Of a stretch of 64,000 nt of DNA, positions 29,959 through 40,641 are shown one piece after another. Each line of letters starts with the position of its first letter. The stretch's first letter is position 1. A program made the translations under genes and the position numbers. Location: the NCBI GenBank assembly GCA_965221775.1, contig CBDCSU010000006.1:1856001-1920000 (forward strand), written 5' to 3'. The notes below the pieces were generated by a model, which searched no databases, was not told where the DNA came from, and saw only the letters and a program-made list of their open reading frames with translations. The stretch comes from Candidatus Latescibacterota bacterium (GTDB lineage Bacteria; Latescibacterota; UBA2968; UBA8231).

Positions 29959-31047
29959 ATGAGTGAGCGCGAGCCTACCGGTTCCGGGAACCGGTGTCAA
30001 TCGGACGAGACGCCGGCCTTCCTGGCTTGGGAGGCCCTGCGGGCCATGCCCGACGCGGTGGTGCTCTTCGACGACGGGGGTGCCGTCAGCTTCGCCAATA
30101 GGGCGGCTTCCGAGCTGCTGGGGGAGGCCGCGCAGGCCGGGGCGAGCCGGAGCGCCGCCCTCGAGCGCTCGGCCCCCCTGGCGGACCTGGTGAGCCAGGC
30201 CTGGCGCAGCCGAGACCCGCGCACGGCGGTGGACGTGCCCTGCGACGGCCGCCGCCTGCGGGCCTGGGTGACCCCCTTCGACGGGGGCTGCCTGCTCATT
30301 CTGCGCGAGTCCACGGGGGATCCCCCCGACCGGCACCTGTGGCAGGCGGAGCGGATGGCGGCCCTCGGGCGGCTGGCCGGATCGGTGGCCCACGAGGTGC
30401 GCAATCCCCTCGGCGCCGTGGACATCCAGCTTCAACTGCTGGCCCGGGACGCCGAGTCCCTCGGGGAAGAGACCGCCGACCGCGTGCGCGAGCGCGTCGG
30501 CCGGGCGCGGGCGGAGGTCCGCCGACTCGACGGCATCGTGCAGAACTTCCTCCGGTTCTCGCGCCCGCCCGAGGTGCGCCTGGCGCCGACGGACCCGGCC
30601 CTGGTGGTGCAGCGCATGCACGAGCTGGTTGCACCCGAGGCCCGGGAGCGGGGCATCCGTCTCGAGCTGGTCCTGCCGCCGCAGGTCCCGCCGGTGCACG
30701 CCGACGAGAACATGCTCAGCCAGGCGCTGCTGAACGTGCTGATCAACGCCTTCCAGGCGGTGGAGGAGGCCGGCGAGGATGCCCTCGTGGAGCTGACTCT
30801 CGAGGAGGCGCAGCCGGCGGAGGTGCGGATCCAGGTGAACGACAACGGTTGCGGAGTGGCCCCCGAGGATCTGGAGAGGGTTTTCGAGTACTACTATACT
30901 ACCAAGGACAGCGGCACCGGCCTGGGACTCTCCATCGCCCAGGGCATCCTGCGGCAGCACGGCGGCAGCCTGCATCTGACCAGCCGCCCCCAGGGCGGAA
31001 CCACTGTCTCCCTTCTCCTGCCCACCGGTTCCCCCAACCCCTCCTGA
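29959..31047 (+). CDS. Cytoplasmic PAS-domain sensor histidine kinase (NtrB-like)
   Basis: PAS-like N-terminus, AHEVRNPL (H box), NVLINAFQA (N box), DNGCG, TTKDSGTGLGL; no TM helix. Confidence 0.93.
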   Translation: MSEREPTGSGNRCQSDETPAFLAWEALRAMPDAVVLFDDGGAVSFANRAASELLGEAAQAGASRSAALERSAPLADLVSQAWRSRDPRTAVDVPCDGRRLRAWVTPFDGGCLLILRESTGDPPDRHLWQAERMAALGRLAGSVAHEVRNPLGAVDIQLQLLARDAESLGEETADRVRERVGRARAEVRRLDGIVQNFLRFSRPPEVRLAPTDPALVVQRMHELVAPEARERGIRLELVLPPQVPPVHADENMLSQALLNVLINAFQAVEEAGEDALVELTLEEAQPAEVRIQVNDNGCGVAPEDLERVFEYYYTTKDSGTGLGLSIAQGILRQHGGSLHLTSRPQGGTTVSLLLPTGSPNPS

Positions 31048-31069
31048 GCCCTCGCCGCCTCACCCTCGC

Positions 31070-32458
<1,389 letters not shown>

Positions 32459-32463
32459 TCTGC

Positions 32464-32476
32464 TGCAGGAATTGCA
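32464..32476. promoter_or_regulatory. Candidate enhancer-binding-protein site (UAS)
   Basis: TGCAGGAATTGCA about 100 bp upstream of the sigma54 site; near-copy CGCAAGAATTGCA at 32707-32719. Confidence 0.4.
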
Positions 32477-32576
32477 CGCCGGCCCCGGAACGCCCGCCGG
32501 CAAGTGCCGTCAGCGCTCCGGCCTTCCTTCCATAACTCCAGCAATAACCATCATATACGTGTGTTCCCGGTGTCTT

Positions 32577-32592
32577 TGGCACCGAGTTTGCA
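32577..32592 (+). promoter_or_regulatory. sigma54 (-24/-12) promoter upstream of PTS IIA and sigma factor genes
   Basis: TGGCAC-CGAGT-TTGCA consensus, preceded by an AT-rich tract, directly downstream of a bEBP gene. Confidence 0.8.
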
Positions 32593-32784
32593 TGTGACAC
32601 CACGGGCGGGAACCCGAACGCCCCGAGGCACCTCCCGACGCCGGACCGCTACCGGGGTCGGGATCATCGATGTGACACGTTCCGCGGTTTCCACCCGTTC
32701 CCGGAGCGCAAGAATTGCAGCCCTTTGGCCCGGCACCCTCGAGTTGTCCTGCGGATGTACGGCACTTTGACCAGTGATCGGGGG

Positions 32785-33291
32785 GTGGGTGCAGAATATG
32801 CGCCCGCCGCTGCCGGTGAGTTGGCGGACATCGTCTCTCACCCCGCCCTGATGATTCCGGAGTTGGCCGCAGACAGCAAGATCGCGGCCATCAAGGAGCT
32901 CGCCGACCGCCTCCGAGGGCAGGAGGTGGTCGAGGACAGCCTCGCCTTCATGCAGGCGGTACTCGAGCGCGAGAACCTGAGCAGCACGGTCCTGGCCGAC
33001 GGACGCATCGCTCTGCCCCATGCCCGGGGCCGCATGGTGCGCCGCCTGGGCCTGGCCATGGCCCGCACGAAGGCGCCGATCGAGTTCCCCTCGGGCGACG
33101 ATCGCCAGGAGGTCGGCATGATCTGCCTGATCGCCGTGCCCTTCGATGCCCCCGGCCTTTACCTGAGGCTGCTGGGGGCGCTGGCCCGGGTCTTCGGAGA
33201 CGCGGATTTCGTCTCGGCCATGGAGCACGCCGAGACGGCCGAGGAGATGCAGTTCCTGCTGGTGGACCGGGCGCGATGGATCGAGTCGTGA
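32785..33291 (+). CDS. PTS IIA domain protein (PtsN/IIA-Ntr-like)
   Basis: VLERENLSST, IALPHAR (phospho-His), YLRLLGALAR; start uncertain (32725-32851). Confidence 0.88.
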   Translation: MGAEYAPAAAGELADIVSHPALMIPELAADSKIAAIKELADRLRGQEVVEDSLAFMQAVLERENLSSTVLADGRIALPHARGRMVRRLGLAMARTKAPIEFPSGDDRQEVGMICLIAVPFDAPGLYLRLLGALARVFGDADFVSAMEHAETAEEMQFLLVDRARWIES

Positions 33292-33340
33292 GCGCGCCCC
33301 CGAACCGGAAGAGATATCCCTAACCGATCAAGGAGTTGTG

Positions 33341-34213
33341 ATGGCTTACCCTCTGCATGAGGTCCTCAACAAGGAAGAGAGCACTCTCAGGCTCTACTTC
33401 GACGACATCGCCGATTCCACCCCCCTGTCGCGGGAAGAGGAGGTGGCGCTGTCGGCTCGCATTCACGCCGGCGACATGGGGGCTCGCGACGAGCTGGTGC
33501 AGGCCAACCTGCGCTTCGTCATCGACGTGGCCAAGAACTACCAGAACCGCGGCCTGTCGCTGGCCGACCTGATCAGCGCCGGCAACGTCGGCCTGATGAC
33601 GGCCGCCGAGCGGTTCGACGGCACCAAGGGCTTCAAGTTCATCTCCTATGCCGTGTGGTGGATCAAACAGTCGATCCTGCAGACGATCGCCGACCACGCC
33701 CGCACCGTGCGCCTGCCGCTGAACAAGCTGAGCCTGCTCAAGGACATCTCGCGGGCGTCCCACAAGCTCGGCCAGGGCCGCGACACCGAGCCCGAGATCG
33801 AGGAGATCGCCGCCGAGCTGCAGGTCTCTCCGCAGGAGGTGCAGGACACGATCCTGAGCGCCCGCTCGGTCCGCTCCCTCGACGAGAGCTTCGAGGAGGA
33901 CGACGAGCGCAGCCTGATGAACGTGCTGCGCGACGACGACCAGGCACCGCCCGACGGCGACGTGATGGAGGAGACGGCGCGGCGCCAGCTGGAGAACGTG
34001 CTGGAGGCCCTGGACGAGCGCGAGTTCAAGATCATCCGCCTCTACTTCGGTCTCGAGGGCGCCGAGGCGATGACCCTGGAGCAGATCGGCGGCCTGATGA
34101 ACCTGACCCGCGAGCGCGTCCGGCAGCTGAAGGAGCGCGCCCTGGGCAAGCTGCGGCACCCCCAGCGCTACCATGCGCTGATGGCGATCTGCGACGAGAC
34201 GGAGGTGTTCTGA
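33341..34213 (+). CDS. RNA polymerase sigma70 factor, RpoD/SigA family lacking region 1.1
   Basis: ANLRFVIDVAK.YQNRGL.L.DLI..GN.GL, KFISYAVWWIKQSI, MTLEQIG..MNLTRERVRQ; AAGGAG RBS. Confidence 0.94.
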   Translation: MAYPLHEVLNKEESTLRLYFDDIADSTPLSREEEVALSARIHAGDMGARDELVQANLRFVIDVAKNYQNRGLSLADLISAGNVGLMTAAERFDGTKGFKFISYAVWWIKQSILQTIADHARTVRLPLNKLSLLKDISRASHKLGQGRDTEPEIEEIAAELQVSPQEVQDTILSARSVRSLDESFEEDDERSLMNVLRDDDQAPPDGDVMEETARRQLENVLEALDEREFKIIRLYFGLEGAEAMTLEQIGGLMNLTRERVRQLKERALGKLRHPQRYHALMAICDETEVF

Positions 34214-34247
34214 GCGGCGCCTGAACGCTTGCAGCAAGGCCTTTCGC

Positions 34248-34285
34248 GAGAGCCGGTCCCCCCTCGGGGGGCCGGCTCTCTTTGT
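34248..34285 (+). terminator. Intrinsic terminator after sigma factor
   Basis: GAGAGCCGGTCCCCC-loop-GGGGGGCCGGCTCTC followed by TTTGT. Confidence 0.8.
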
Positions 34286-34355
34286 AGGATGGCGTGATTC
34301 TTGTAACCTGGAAATTTCGGTTGAGAACACCGAATTTTCACTGTAAATTCCCGGC

Positions 34356-35507
34356 GTGAACAGGCGAGAGAGAGAACGGGACAGAATCCTTGCACTGCTG
34401 CGGGACCATCCGGTGGCCGCCATCATCGGGGCCCGCCAGGTGGGCAAGAGCACCCTGGCAGGGCTCGTCGCTTCCGCCTGGGAGGGGCCGGTCGAGCGAT
34501 TCGATCTCGAGGACGAGGCCGATCTGGCGCGATTGGCCGATCCGTTGCGGGCCCTGCGGCCACTGCCGGGACTGGTCGTGCTCGACGAGATCCAGCGCGT
34601 GCCGCAGCTCTTCCCCGCCCTGCGCGTGCTCGCGGACCGGGCCGGCGCGCCGGCCCGGTTCCTGATTCTGGGCAGCGCTTCGCCGGAGCTGCTTCAGCAG
34701 TCTTCCGAAACCCTCGCGGGGCGCATCGCCTACCGCGAGCTGGGCGGGTTCGCCCTCGACGAGACCGGTGACACCCCGGCGAGGCTCTGGCGGCGAGGCG
34801 GCTTCCCGCGCTCCTACCTGGCGCGGGGCGAGGGCCAGAGCTTCGAGTGGCGACGGGAGTTCGTGCGCACCTTCCTGGAGCGCGACCTGCCCCAGCTCGG
34901 CGTCAACGTGAGTGCCCGCACCATGCGCCGGTTCTGGACCATGCTCGCCCACTACCACGGCCAGGTGTGGAACGCCTCCGAGTTCGCCCGCTCCTTCGGC
35001 GTCGCCGATACCACGGTCCGGTCCTACCTCGAGCACCTGGAGTCGGCCTTGGTGGTGCGGCAGCTGCAGCCCTGGCACGAGAACATCTCCAAGCGGCAGG
35101 TCAAGGCGCCGCGCGTCTACCTGCGGGACAGCGGCCTGCTGCACGCGCTGCTCAACCTGCCCTCGCAGCGGGACCTGGAGGGCCACCCGAAGGTAGGCGC
35201 GTCCTGGGAGGGCTTCGTCATCGATCAGGTGATCCGCCTTGCGGACGCCGCGCCCGAGGAGTGCTTCTTCTGGGCCACCCATGCCGGGGCGGAGCTGGAT
35301 CTGCTCGTTCACAAGGGCGGCCGGCGGCTCGGCTTCGAGGTCAAGCTCACCTCGGCCCCGCGCACGACCCGGAGCATGCACATCGCGCGCGAAGACCTGC
35401 GCCTCGACCGCCTCGACGTGATCCACGCCGGAACGCTGACCTTCGACATGGCCGAGGGAATCCGGGCGCTGGCGCTGCGGGATCTGGAAGGGTCGCTTCG
35501 AGGTTGA
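34356..35507 (+). CDS. AAA_14 ATPase with DUF4143 and C-terminal PD-(D/E)xK-like motif
   Basis: GARQVGKSTL, LDEIQR, LGSAS, SETLAGR, GGFP, K.P.VYLRDSGL, ELDLL...GFEVK. Confidence 0.9.
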   Translation: MNRRERERDRILALLRDHPVAAIIGARQVGKSTLAGLVASAWEGPVERFDLEDEADLARLADPLRALRPLPGLVVLDEIQRVPQLFPALRVLADRAGAPARFLILGSASPELLQQSSETLAGRIAYRELGGFALDETGDTPARLWRRGGFPRSYLARGEGQSFEWRREFVRTFLERDLPQLGVNVSARTMRRFWTMLAHYHGQVWNASEFARSFGVADTTVRSYLEHLESALVVRQLQPWHENISKRQVKAPRVYLRDSGLLHALLNLPSQRDLEGHPKVGASWEGFVIDQVIRLADAAPEECFFWATHAGAELDLLVHKGGRRLGFEVKLTSAPRTTRSMHIAREDLRLDRLDVIHAGTLTFDMAEGIRALALRDLEGSLRG

Positions 35508-35514
35508 AGACAGC

Positions 35515-37734
35515 ATGCTGCTGACCAGCGGCTTCCCCGACGGCCCGCACATCCATCACTTCCCCGGCGTCGCCCTTGACGAGCGCCGCCGTCGGCACGG
35601 GACCGGCCGCATCGACCGCTCGGCGCCCGTGTGGGCGGGCGAGCGCCTGGGGCTGAACCTGCGGTTCGAGCTCGGCGAGACGGCGGTTCCGGCGGGGGGA
35701 CGACTGCGCGTGGTCTGGCTGTGGCCCTTCGACTGGGCCACCCCGCAGACGGCCGATCCCGCGGCGCCGGACTACGTGCACGCGTCCTGCTCGAAGGCCG
35801 GTGTCGAGCTGCGGGTGACCTGCGATTTCCGGGGCGATCTCGTGCCGTGGAACCACCAGATCGACGTGGAGGTGGTTTCCGGCGAGCTGACCCGGGGCGA
35901 CCGGGTGGAGCTGCACTGCCGGGAGTGGCGGGCCCCGACCTTCGTGGCGCCGGAGGCGGAGCTGCTCTTCCTGATCAACCCCGAGGGAGGCCGCCGCTGG
36001 ATCCAGCTGCCGCCGGTGCAGGGATTCCCCGTGGTGGCCGGACCTCCGGCGCGGCTGGTCGCCCTGGCTCCCGCGGACGGGCTGGTCGACGAAGAGCTGG
36101 AGCTGACCCTGCGCGTCGAGGACGAATGGGGTAATCCCCTGCTCGTCGATGGTTCCGGCCCGGAGGTGGTGCCCGCCAACGGGGTGAGTGTCGTGTCCGT
36201 CCAGCCCGCCGGGGAGATGCCCGCCTACCGCGCCCGGGTGCAGGTCGACAGCCCCGGCGTCCACCGCATCGAGGCGGTCCTCCCCGGCTCCGGCCTGAAG
36301 GCGGTGACGAACCCGGTGCGGATCGCCCGCGAGCACCCCGCCCTTCGCGTCTTCTGGGGCGACCTGCACGCCGGCCAGGGCTGGATCGGCTGCGGGTACG
36401 GCTCGGTCCGTCACCACTTCGACTACGCCCGCCACGTGGCGGGACTGCAGGTCTGCTCGCACCAGGGGAACGACCACCACGTCAGTCTGGACCTGTGGGA
36501 GCGGACCCGCCGCGAGTCGTCCGCCGCCGACGAGGAGGGGCGGTTCGTCGCTTTTCTCGGCTGCGAGTGGAGCGCCGCCACGCCGGAGGGCGGCGACCGC
36601 AACGTCATCTACCGTCTGGACGAGCTGCGCCTGCGGCGGTCGGGCCGGTTCTTCACCGAGGACGAGCCCGACCCGGAGCCCGACCTGGAGACGGCGGCCG
36701 AGTTCCTCGAGGCCATGAAGGACGAGGACGTGCTCATCAACATGCACGCCGGCGGCCGGCCCACGAATCTGGATTTCCACGAGCCGGCCATCGAGACCCT
36801 GGCCGAGGTCCACTCCACCCACGGCACGTCGGACTGGTTCGTACTCGACGCCCTGCGCCGCGGCTATCGCGTGGGCGTCACCGCAGGAACCGACGGCGTC
36901 ACCGGCCGGCCCGGGTGCGATCATCCCGGCAGCGGGCTGATCCGCAACGTGCGCGGCGGGATCACCGCCTTCCTGGCCTCGGAGTTGACCCGGGAGGCGC
37001 TGTGGGAGGCGATGGCGGCGAGGCGGTGCTACGCCACCGACGGGCCCCGGATGAGGCTGGCGGTCACGGCCGACGGCCATCCCATGGGCAGCGAGTACGC
37101 CACCGACGGCTTTCCCCTGGTGGCCATCGACGTGGAGGGCACGACGGGGATCGAGCAGGTCGACTTGCTGTGCGGGACCAAGCCACTGTGGACGTGGCGG
37201 CCGGCCGCGGCCCCCGGCGACGGCGCCGTGCGCGTCCTCTGGGGCGGGACCGAGGCCCACGGAGGGGCGCCCCAGCAGCGCGCTCTCTGGAAGGGCCGGT
37301 TCACCGTCGACGGCGGTCGGATCGCCTGCATGGAGCCCGTCGCTCTGGTCACCCCCGTCGACCGCGTGCAACAAGTCGACGACCGCACGGTCCGCTTCGA
37401 CACGGTCACCGCCGGCAACCGCATGGGGATGCGCCTGGAGATCGAGGGCGGACCGGAGACGTGCTGCCGGTTCGACTCCGGGCCGGCCAGCTTCGGCTTC
37501 TCACTCTCCCAGGTGGGCGAGCAGCCGATGACGGTGGAAGCCGGCGGCGCCAGCCGCCACGTCATCGCCGGGCCGGCGCCGGACCCGGAACTGCCCTCGC
37601 GCGTCGAGCTCTCCTTCCGGGACACGCGCGCCGTCAGCGGCCCGTGCCCCTACTGGGTGCGGGTGACCCAGGTCGACCAGCACCGGGCCTGGAGCAGCCC
37701 CATCTACGTGGAGCGCCGGGCGGGGAGTAGCTGA
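35515..37734 (+). CDS. DUF3604/PHP-like metal-dependent hydrolase domain protein
   Basis: FWGDLHAG, GCEWS..T..GGDRNV, EVHSTHG, GTDG, RRCYATDG, YWVRVTQ.D...AWSSPI. Confidence 0.78.
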   Translation: MLLTSGFPDGPHIHHFPGVALDERRRRHGTGRIDRSAPVWAGERLGLNLRFELGETAVPAGGRLRVVWLWPFDWATPQTADPAAPDYVHASCSKAGVELRVTCDFRGDLVPWNHQIDVEVVSGELTRGDRVELHCREWRAPTFVAPEAELLFLINPEGGRRWIQLPPVQGFPVVAGPPARLVALAPADGLVDEELELTLRVEDEWGNPLLVDGSGPEVVPANGVSVVSVQPAGEMPAYRARVQVDSPGVHRIEAVLPGSGLKAVTNPVRIAREHPALRVFWGDLHAGQGWIGCGYGSVRHHFDYARHVAGLQVCSHQGNDHHVSLDLWERTRRESSAADEEGRFVAFLGCEWSAATPEGGDRNVIYRLDELRLRRSGRFFTEDEPDPEPDLETAAEFLEAMKDEDVLINMHAGGRPTNLDFHEPAIETLAEVHSTHGTSDWFVLDALRRGYRVGVTAGTDGVTGRPGCDHPGSGLIRNVRGGITAFLASELTREALWEAMAARRCYATDGPRMRLAVTADGHPMGSEYATDGFPLVAIDVEGTTGIEQVDLLCGTKPLWTWRPAAAPGDGAVRVLWGGTEAHGGAPQQRALWKGRFTVDGGRIACMEPVALVTPVDRVQQVDDRTVRFDTVTAGNRMGMRLEIEGGPETCCRFDSGPASFGFSLSQVGEQPMTVEAGGASRHVIAGPAPDPELPSRVELSFRDTRAVSGPCPYWVRVTQVDQHRAWSSPIYVERRAGSS

Positions 37735-37790
37735 GGAACCTGGGCACACTGGCGGGGTCCTACGGGAATACCCACAGGGAGGGACTCGCT

Positions 37791-39041
37791 ATGCAACGAC
37801 AAGCAACCGGATCGATCCGCCTCCCAGGTGTCACCAGGCTCCCGGCCATACTGGCCGCTTCATTTCTGCTGGCGAAGAGTGAAACGGCTGAAGCGACTCC
37901 GCAAAGCGGGGCAACAACGCCGTTCCTGCTGATCTCTCCCTCCGTGCGCGTCAACGGGATGGGCCAGGCGGGAGTCGCGCTGCCCGACGAGCCGGCGGGC
38001 TATTACAACCCCGGCGCGGCGGCCCTCTCCTCTCCGGAGTACACGGTCCAGAGCCGCCTATACCTCAGCAAGGTGCCGTGGCTTCCAGGGTTGGCGGATG
38101 ACCTGGGATACGGCTACCACGCCGTGCAGGCCACGGCCGGAGGCGAGCTGCCCGCCCTCTCCTGGAAGGGCCCGGCGAGCCTTGCAGCCGCGGTGTACGG
38201 ATACCGCACCAAGATGGACTTCGGGCCGCTGGACCGCATCGGTGACGTGGGAGGTGGGGCAGGTATTCCAGATGTCTCCGACGCCTGCAATAGTCTCGGC
38301 GTCAGCCTGGCCTTGCGATCCTTCCTGGAGGTGGGCGTCGGTGCGACCACCAAGTGGGTCTCGTTCGGTCTTGGTGAGACCAGAGAGTCAACCAGGGCTC
38401 ATGACTTCGGTCTCATGGCGGTGGCACCGGTGGACGGCATGCTGGAACGGTTCACCGGACGGGCACTCGCCCTGGGTCCGCATCTCCGGCCGCGGCTGGA
38501 CATCGGGTACGGCGTCGCCTGGCACAATCACGGTGCAGGATTCGTCCGTATCGGCGCGTGGCCGGCAGATCCTCTGCCGGCGAACAGACGGCACGGTTGG
38601 TCGGGCAGCCTGGCAATGGACTGGCGCTCGGATGCCCTCCGGCTCACGATCGGGAAAGTGACCTTTGCCCGGGAGACCTACCAGCCCCTGACAGAAGGCG
38701 TCCAGGTCAGGAGCCTTGAGGACCAGAAGAGGGGAATCGAGTTCTCGATTCTGGAGACGATCACCTTCAGGCGAGGCGAATACGACGACTTGGATGGTGA
38801 CATCCACTTCAGAACCAGGGGAGGGACCATCGGGTCAGACGGCTTCTTCAAGTACGTGGCGCATCACCTGGAGAGCGCACCCCCCGGTTCCTCGCTGGAC
38901 GCGTTTCTCTTCGTCGTCAGGCACTTGTCGATCAGCTGGTCCTGGTTCGAGAACGACCAGGCATGGCCGTGGGAGGGCCACTCCCATCTCGGGCTTTCCT
39001 TCCGATCACGGCAGCCCATCCAGATGCCACCGCCGCGCTGA
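37791..39041 (+). CDS. PorV/PorQ-like outer-membrane beta-barrel protein
   Basis: Signal peptide followed by PFLLISPSVR..GMG.AGVA......YYNPG, W LPGLADDL; C-terminal aromatic beta strand. Confidence 0.72.
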   Translation: MQRQATGSIRLPGVTRLPAILAASFLLAKSETAEATPQSGATTPFLLISPSVRVNGMGQAGVALPDEPAGYYNPGAAALSSPEYTVQSRLYLSKVPWLPGLADDLGYGYHAVQATAGGELPALSWKGPASLAAAVYGYRTKMDFGPLDRIGDVGGGAGIPDVSDACNSLGVSLALRSFLEVGVGATTKWVSFGLGETRESTRAHDFGLMAVAPVDGMLERFTGRALALGPHLRPRLDIGYGVAWHNHGAGFVRIGAWPADPLPANRRHGWSGSLAMDWRSDALRLTIGKVTFARETYQPLTEGVQVRSLEDQKRGIEFSILETITFRRGEYDDLDGDIHFRTRGGTIGSDGFFKYVAHHLESAPPGSSLDAFLFVVRHLSISWSWFENDQAWPWEGHSHLGLSFRSRQPIQMPPPR

Positions 39042-39047
39042 CCGCGG

Positions 39048-40187
39048 TCAGTCCAGGCTGACCAGCCGCAGGATCCGCCCCGGTCTCTCCACCGCCAGGT
39101 AGACGGCCCCGTCGGGGCCGGTCTGCACGTCGCGCACGCGGGACTCTCCCCGGTAGACGATCTCCTCGTGGATCACCTCCCGGCCCTCCAGCCGCAGGCG
39201 GTGCAGCCGGTTGAAGCGCAGGGAGGTCACCAGCAGGTCGTTCCGCCACTTGCCGAAGCCGTCGCCCGTGTAGAAGTCGATGCCGCAGACGGCGATGGAG
39301 GGCACCCACCAGGTCTCGGGCTGTTCCATGCCCTCGGCGTGGGTCGCGTCGGTGATGGGGGTGCCGTCGTAGTTGATGCCGTAGGTGATCGCCGGCCAGC
39401 CGTAGTTGAGGCCGCGGCGGATGTGGTTGAGCTCGTCACCGCCCTTGGGACCGTGCTCGGCGGACCACAGCTCCCCGGTGACGGGGTGCAGGGCCAGCCC
39501 CTGGGGATTGCGGTGCCCGTAGGACCAGATCGATTCGACGGCGCCCTGCAGTCCGGCGAAGGGGTTGTCCGCCGGCAGGGCGCCGTCGTCGAGGAGGCGG
39601 TGGATCTTGCCGCTCGGCCACTCCACGCTCTGGGCGAGGTCGCGCTGGCCGCGGTCGCCGATGGCGAAGTAGAGGAAGCCGGCGCGGTCGAAGAGGATGC
39701 GCGAGCCGTAGTGGTGGGCGCGCCGGGTGTAGAGCTGCTCCGGAACCCGGTAGACGATCTCCAGGTCGGCCAGTCCGCCCTCCCGAAGGCGGGCCCGGGC
39801 GATGACGGTGTGCCCCAAGGTTGAACCCTCCGGGCCCTGCAGGGGCTCCGAATAGCTCAGGTAGATCCATCCCTGCTCCGCGTACCGCGGGTGCAGGGCC
39901 ACGTCCATCAGGCCGCCCTGACCCCGGGCGAGGACGGCGGGCACTCCGTCGATCGGCTCCGAGACCGCTCCGTCCTTCCCGACGATGCGCAGCAGGCCCT
40001 CCTGCTCGGTCACCAGCAACCGGCCGTCAGGCAGGAAGGCGAGGCCCCAGGGCACCCCGAAACCCTCGGCGAAGGTCTCGACGCGAAAGCGGTGTTCCTC
40101 CGACTCGACGACGAGATCGGTGAGATCGGCCGTGGAGCAGCCCGCGGCGATGAGGGCGCAGAATGACAGCCGCGCCGGGAAGCTCAT
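39048..40187 (-). CDS. PQQ-dependent sugar (glucose/sorbosone) dehydrogenase lipoprotein
   Basis: Lipobox AAGC; PWGLAFLPDG, GQGGLMDVALHP, HYGSRI, SYGHRNPQG, EHGPKGGDELN, NYGWP. Confidence 0.93.
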   Translation of the reverse strand: MSFPARLSFCALIAAGCSTADLTDLVVESEEHRFRVETFAEGFGVPWGLAFLPDGRLLVTEQEGLLRIVGKDGAVSEPIDGVPAVLARGQGGLMDVALHPRYAEQGWIYLSYSEPLQGPEGSTLGHTVIARARLREGGLADLEIVYRVPEQLYTRRAHHYGSRILFDRAGFLYFAIGDRGQRDLAQSVEWPSGKIHRLLDDGALPADNPFAGLQGAVESIWSYGHRNPQGLALHPVTGELWSAEHGPKGGDELNHIRRGLNYGWPAITYGINYDGTPITDATHAEGMEQPETWWVPSIAVCGIDFYTGDGFGKWRNDLLVTSLRFNRLHRLRLEGREVIHEEIVYRGESRVRDVQTGPDGAVYLAVERPGRILRLVSLD

Positions 40188-40200
40188 GACGGATCCTTGT

Positions 40201-40641
40201 CTATGGAGCGGGTTCACCCTCGGCCGCCCGCATCAGGGCGACCAGGGCGTTGATCTCGGAGGCGGTGAGGACCACGCCGAAGGCGGGCATGCCGTCGGCT
40301 TCGAGGCCGTCGGCGACGGCCCGGAAGATGGCGGCGGTGCTGTCGCCGCAGGCCCAGCGGCCGTCGATCAGGCTGCTGGCCATGCCGCCGTCCATGCCGG
40401 CGCCGTGGCAGTCGGCGCAGTAGAAGGCGTAGTGGCCTCGGGCGGCCCCCGGCGCCGGCACGTCATCGGCCGGGGAAGGCAGGCTTCGGTAGCCGAGATA
40501 GCCCGCTCCCGCCAGCAGCAGGCTCCACAGAAGCACTCGCCGCATGGACAAGGCGCTCAGCGGGACCCGCGGCCCGGCCTCGGCCGTGCCGTGGGCCGAG
40601 GCTCTGGGCCCAGGCCCGGGGCGCGGCTCACGGGCCGTCAA
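40201..40641 (-). CDS. Monoheme c-type cytochrome
   Basis: TM/signal segment, CADCHG, distal GMPAF; start may be 40545. Confidence 0.88.
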   Translation of the reverse strand: MTAREPRPGPGPRASAHGTAEAGPRVPLSALSMRRVLLWSLLLAGAGYLGYRSLPSPADDVPAPGAARGHYAFYCADCHGAGMDGGMASSLIDGRWACGDSTAAIFRAVADGLEADGMPAFGVVLTASEINALVALMRAAEGEPAP

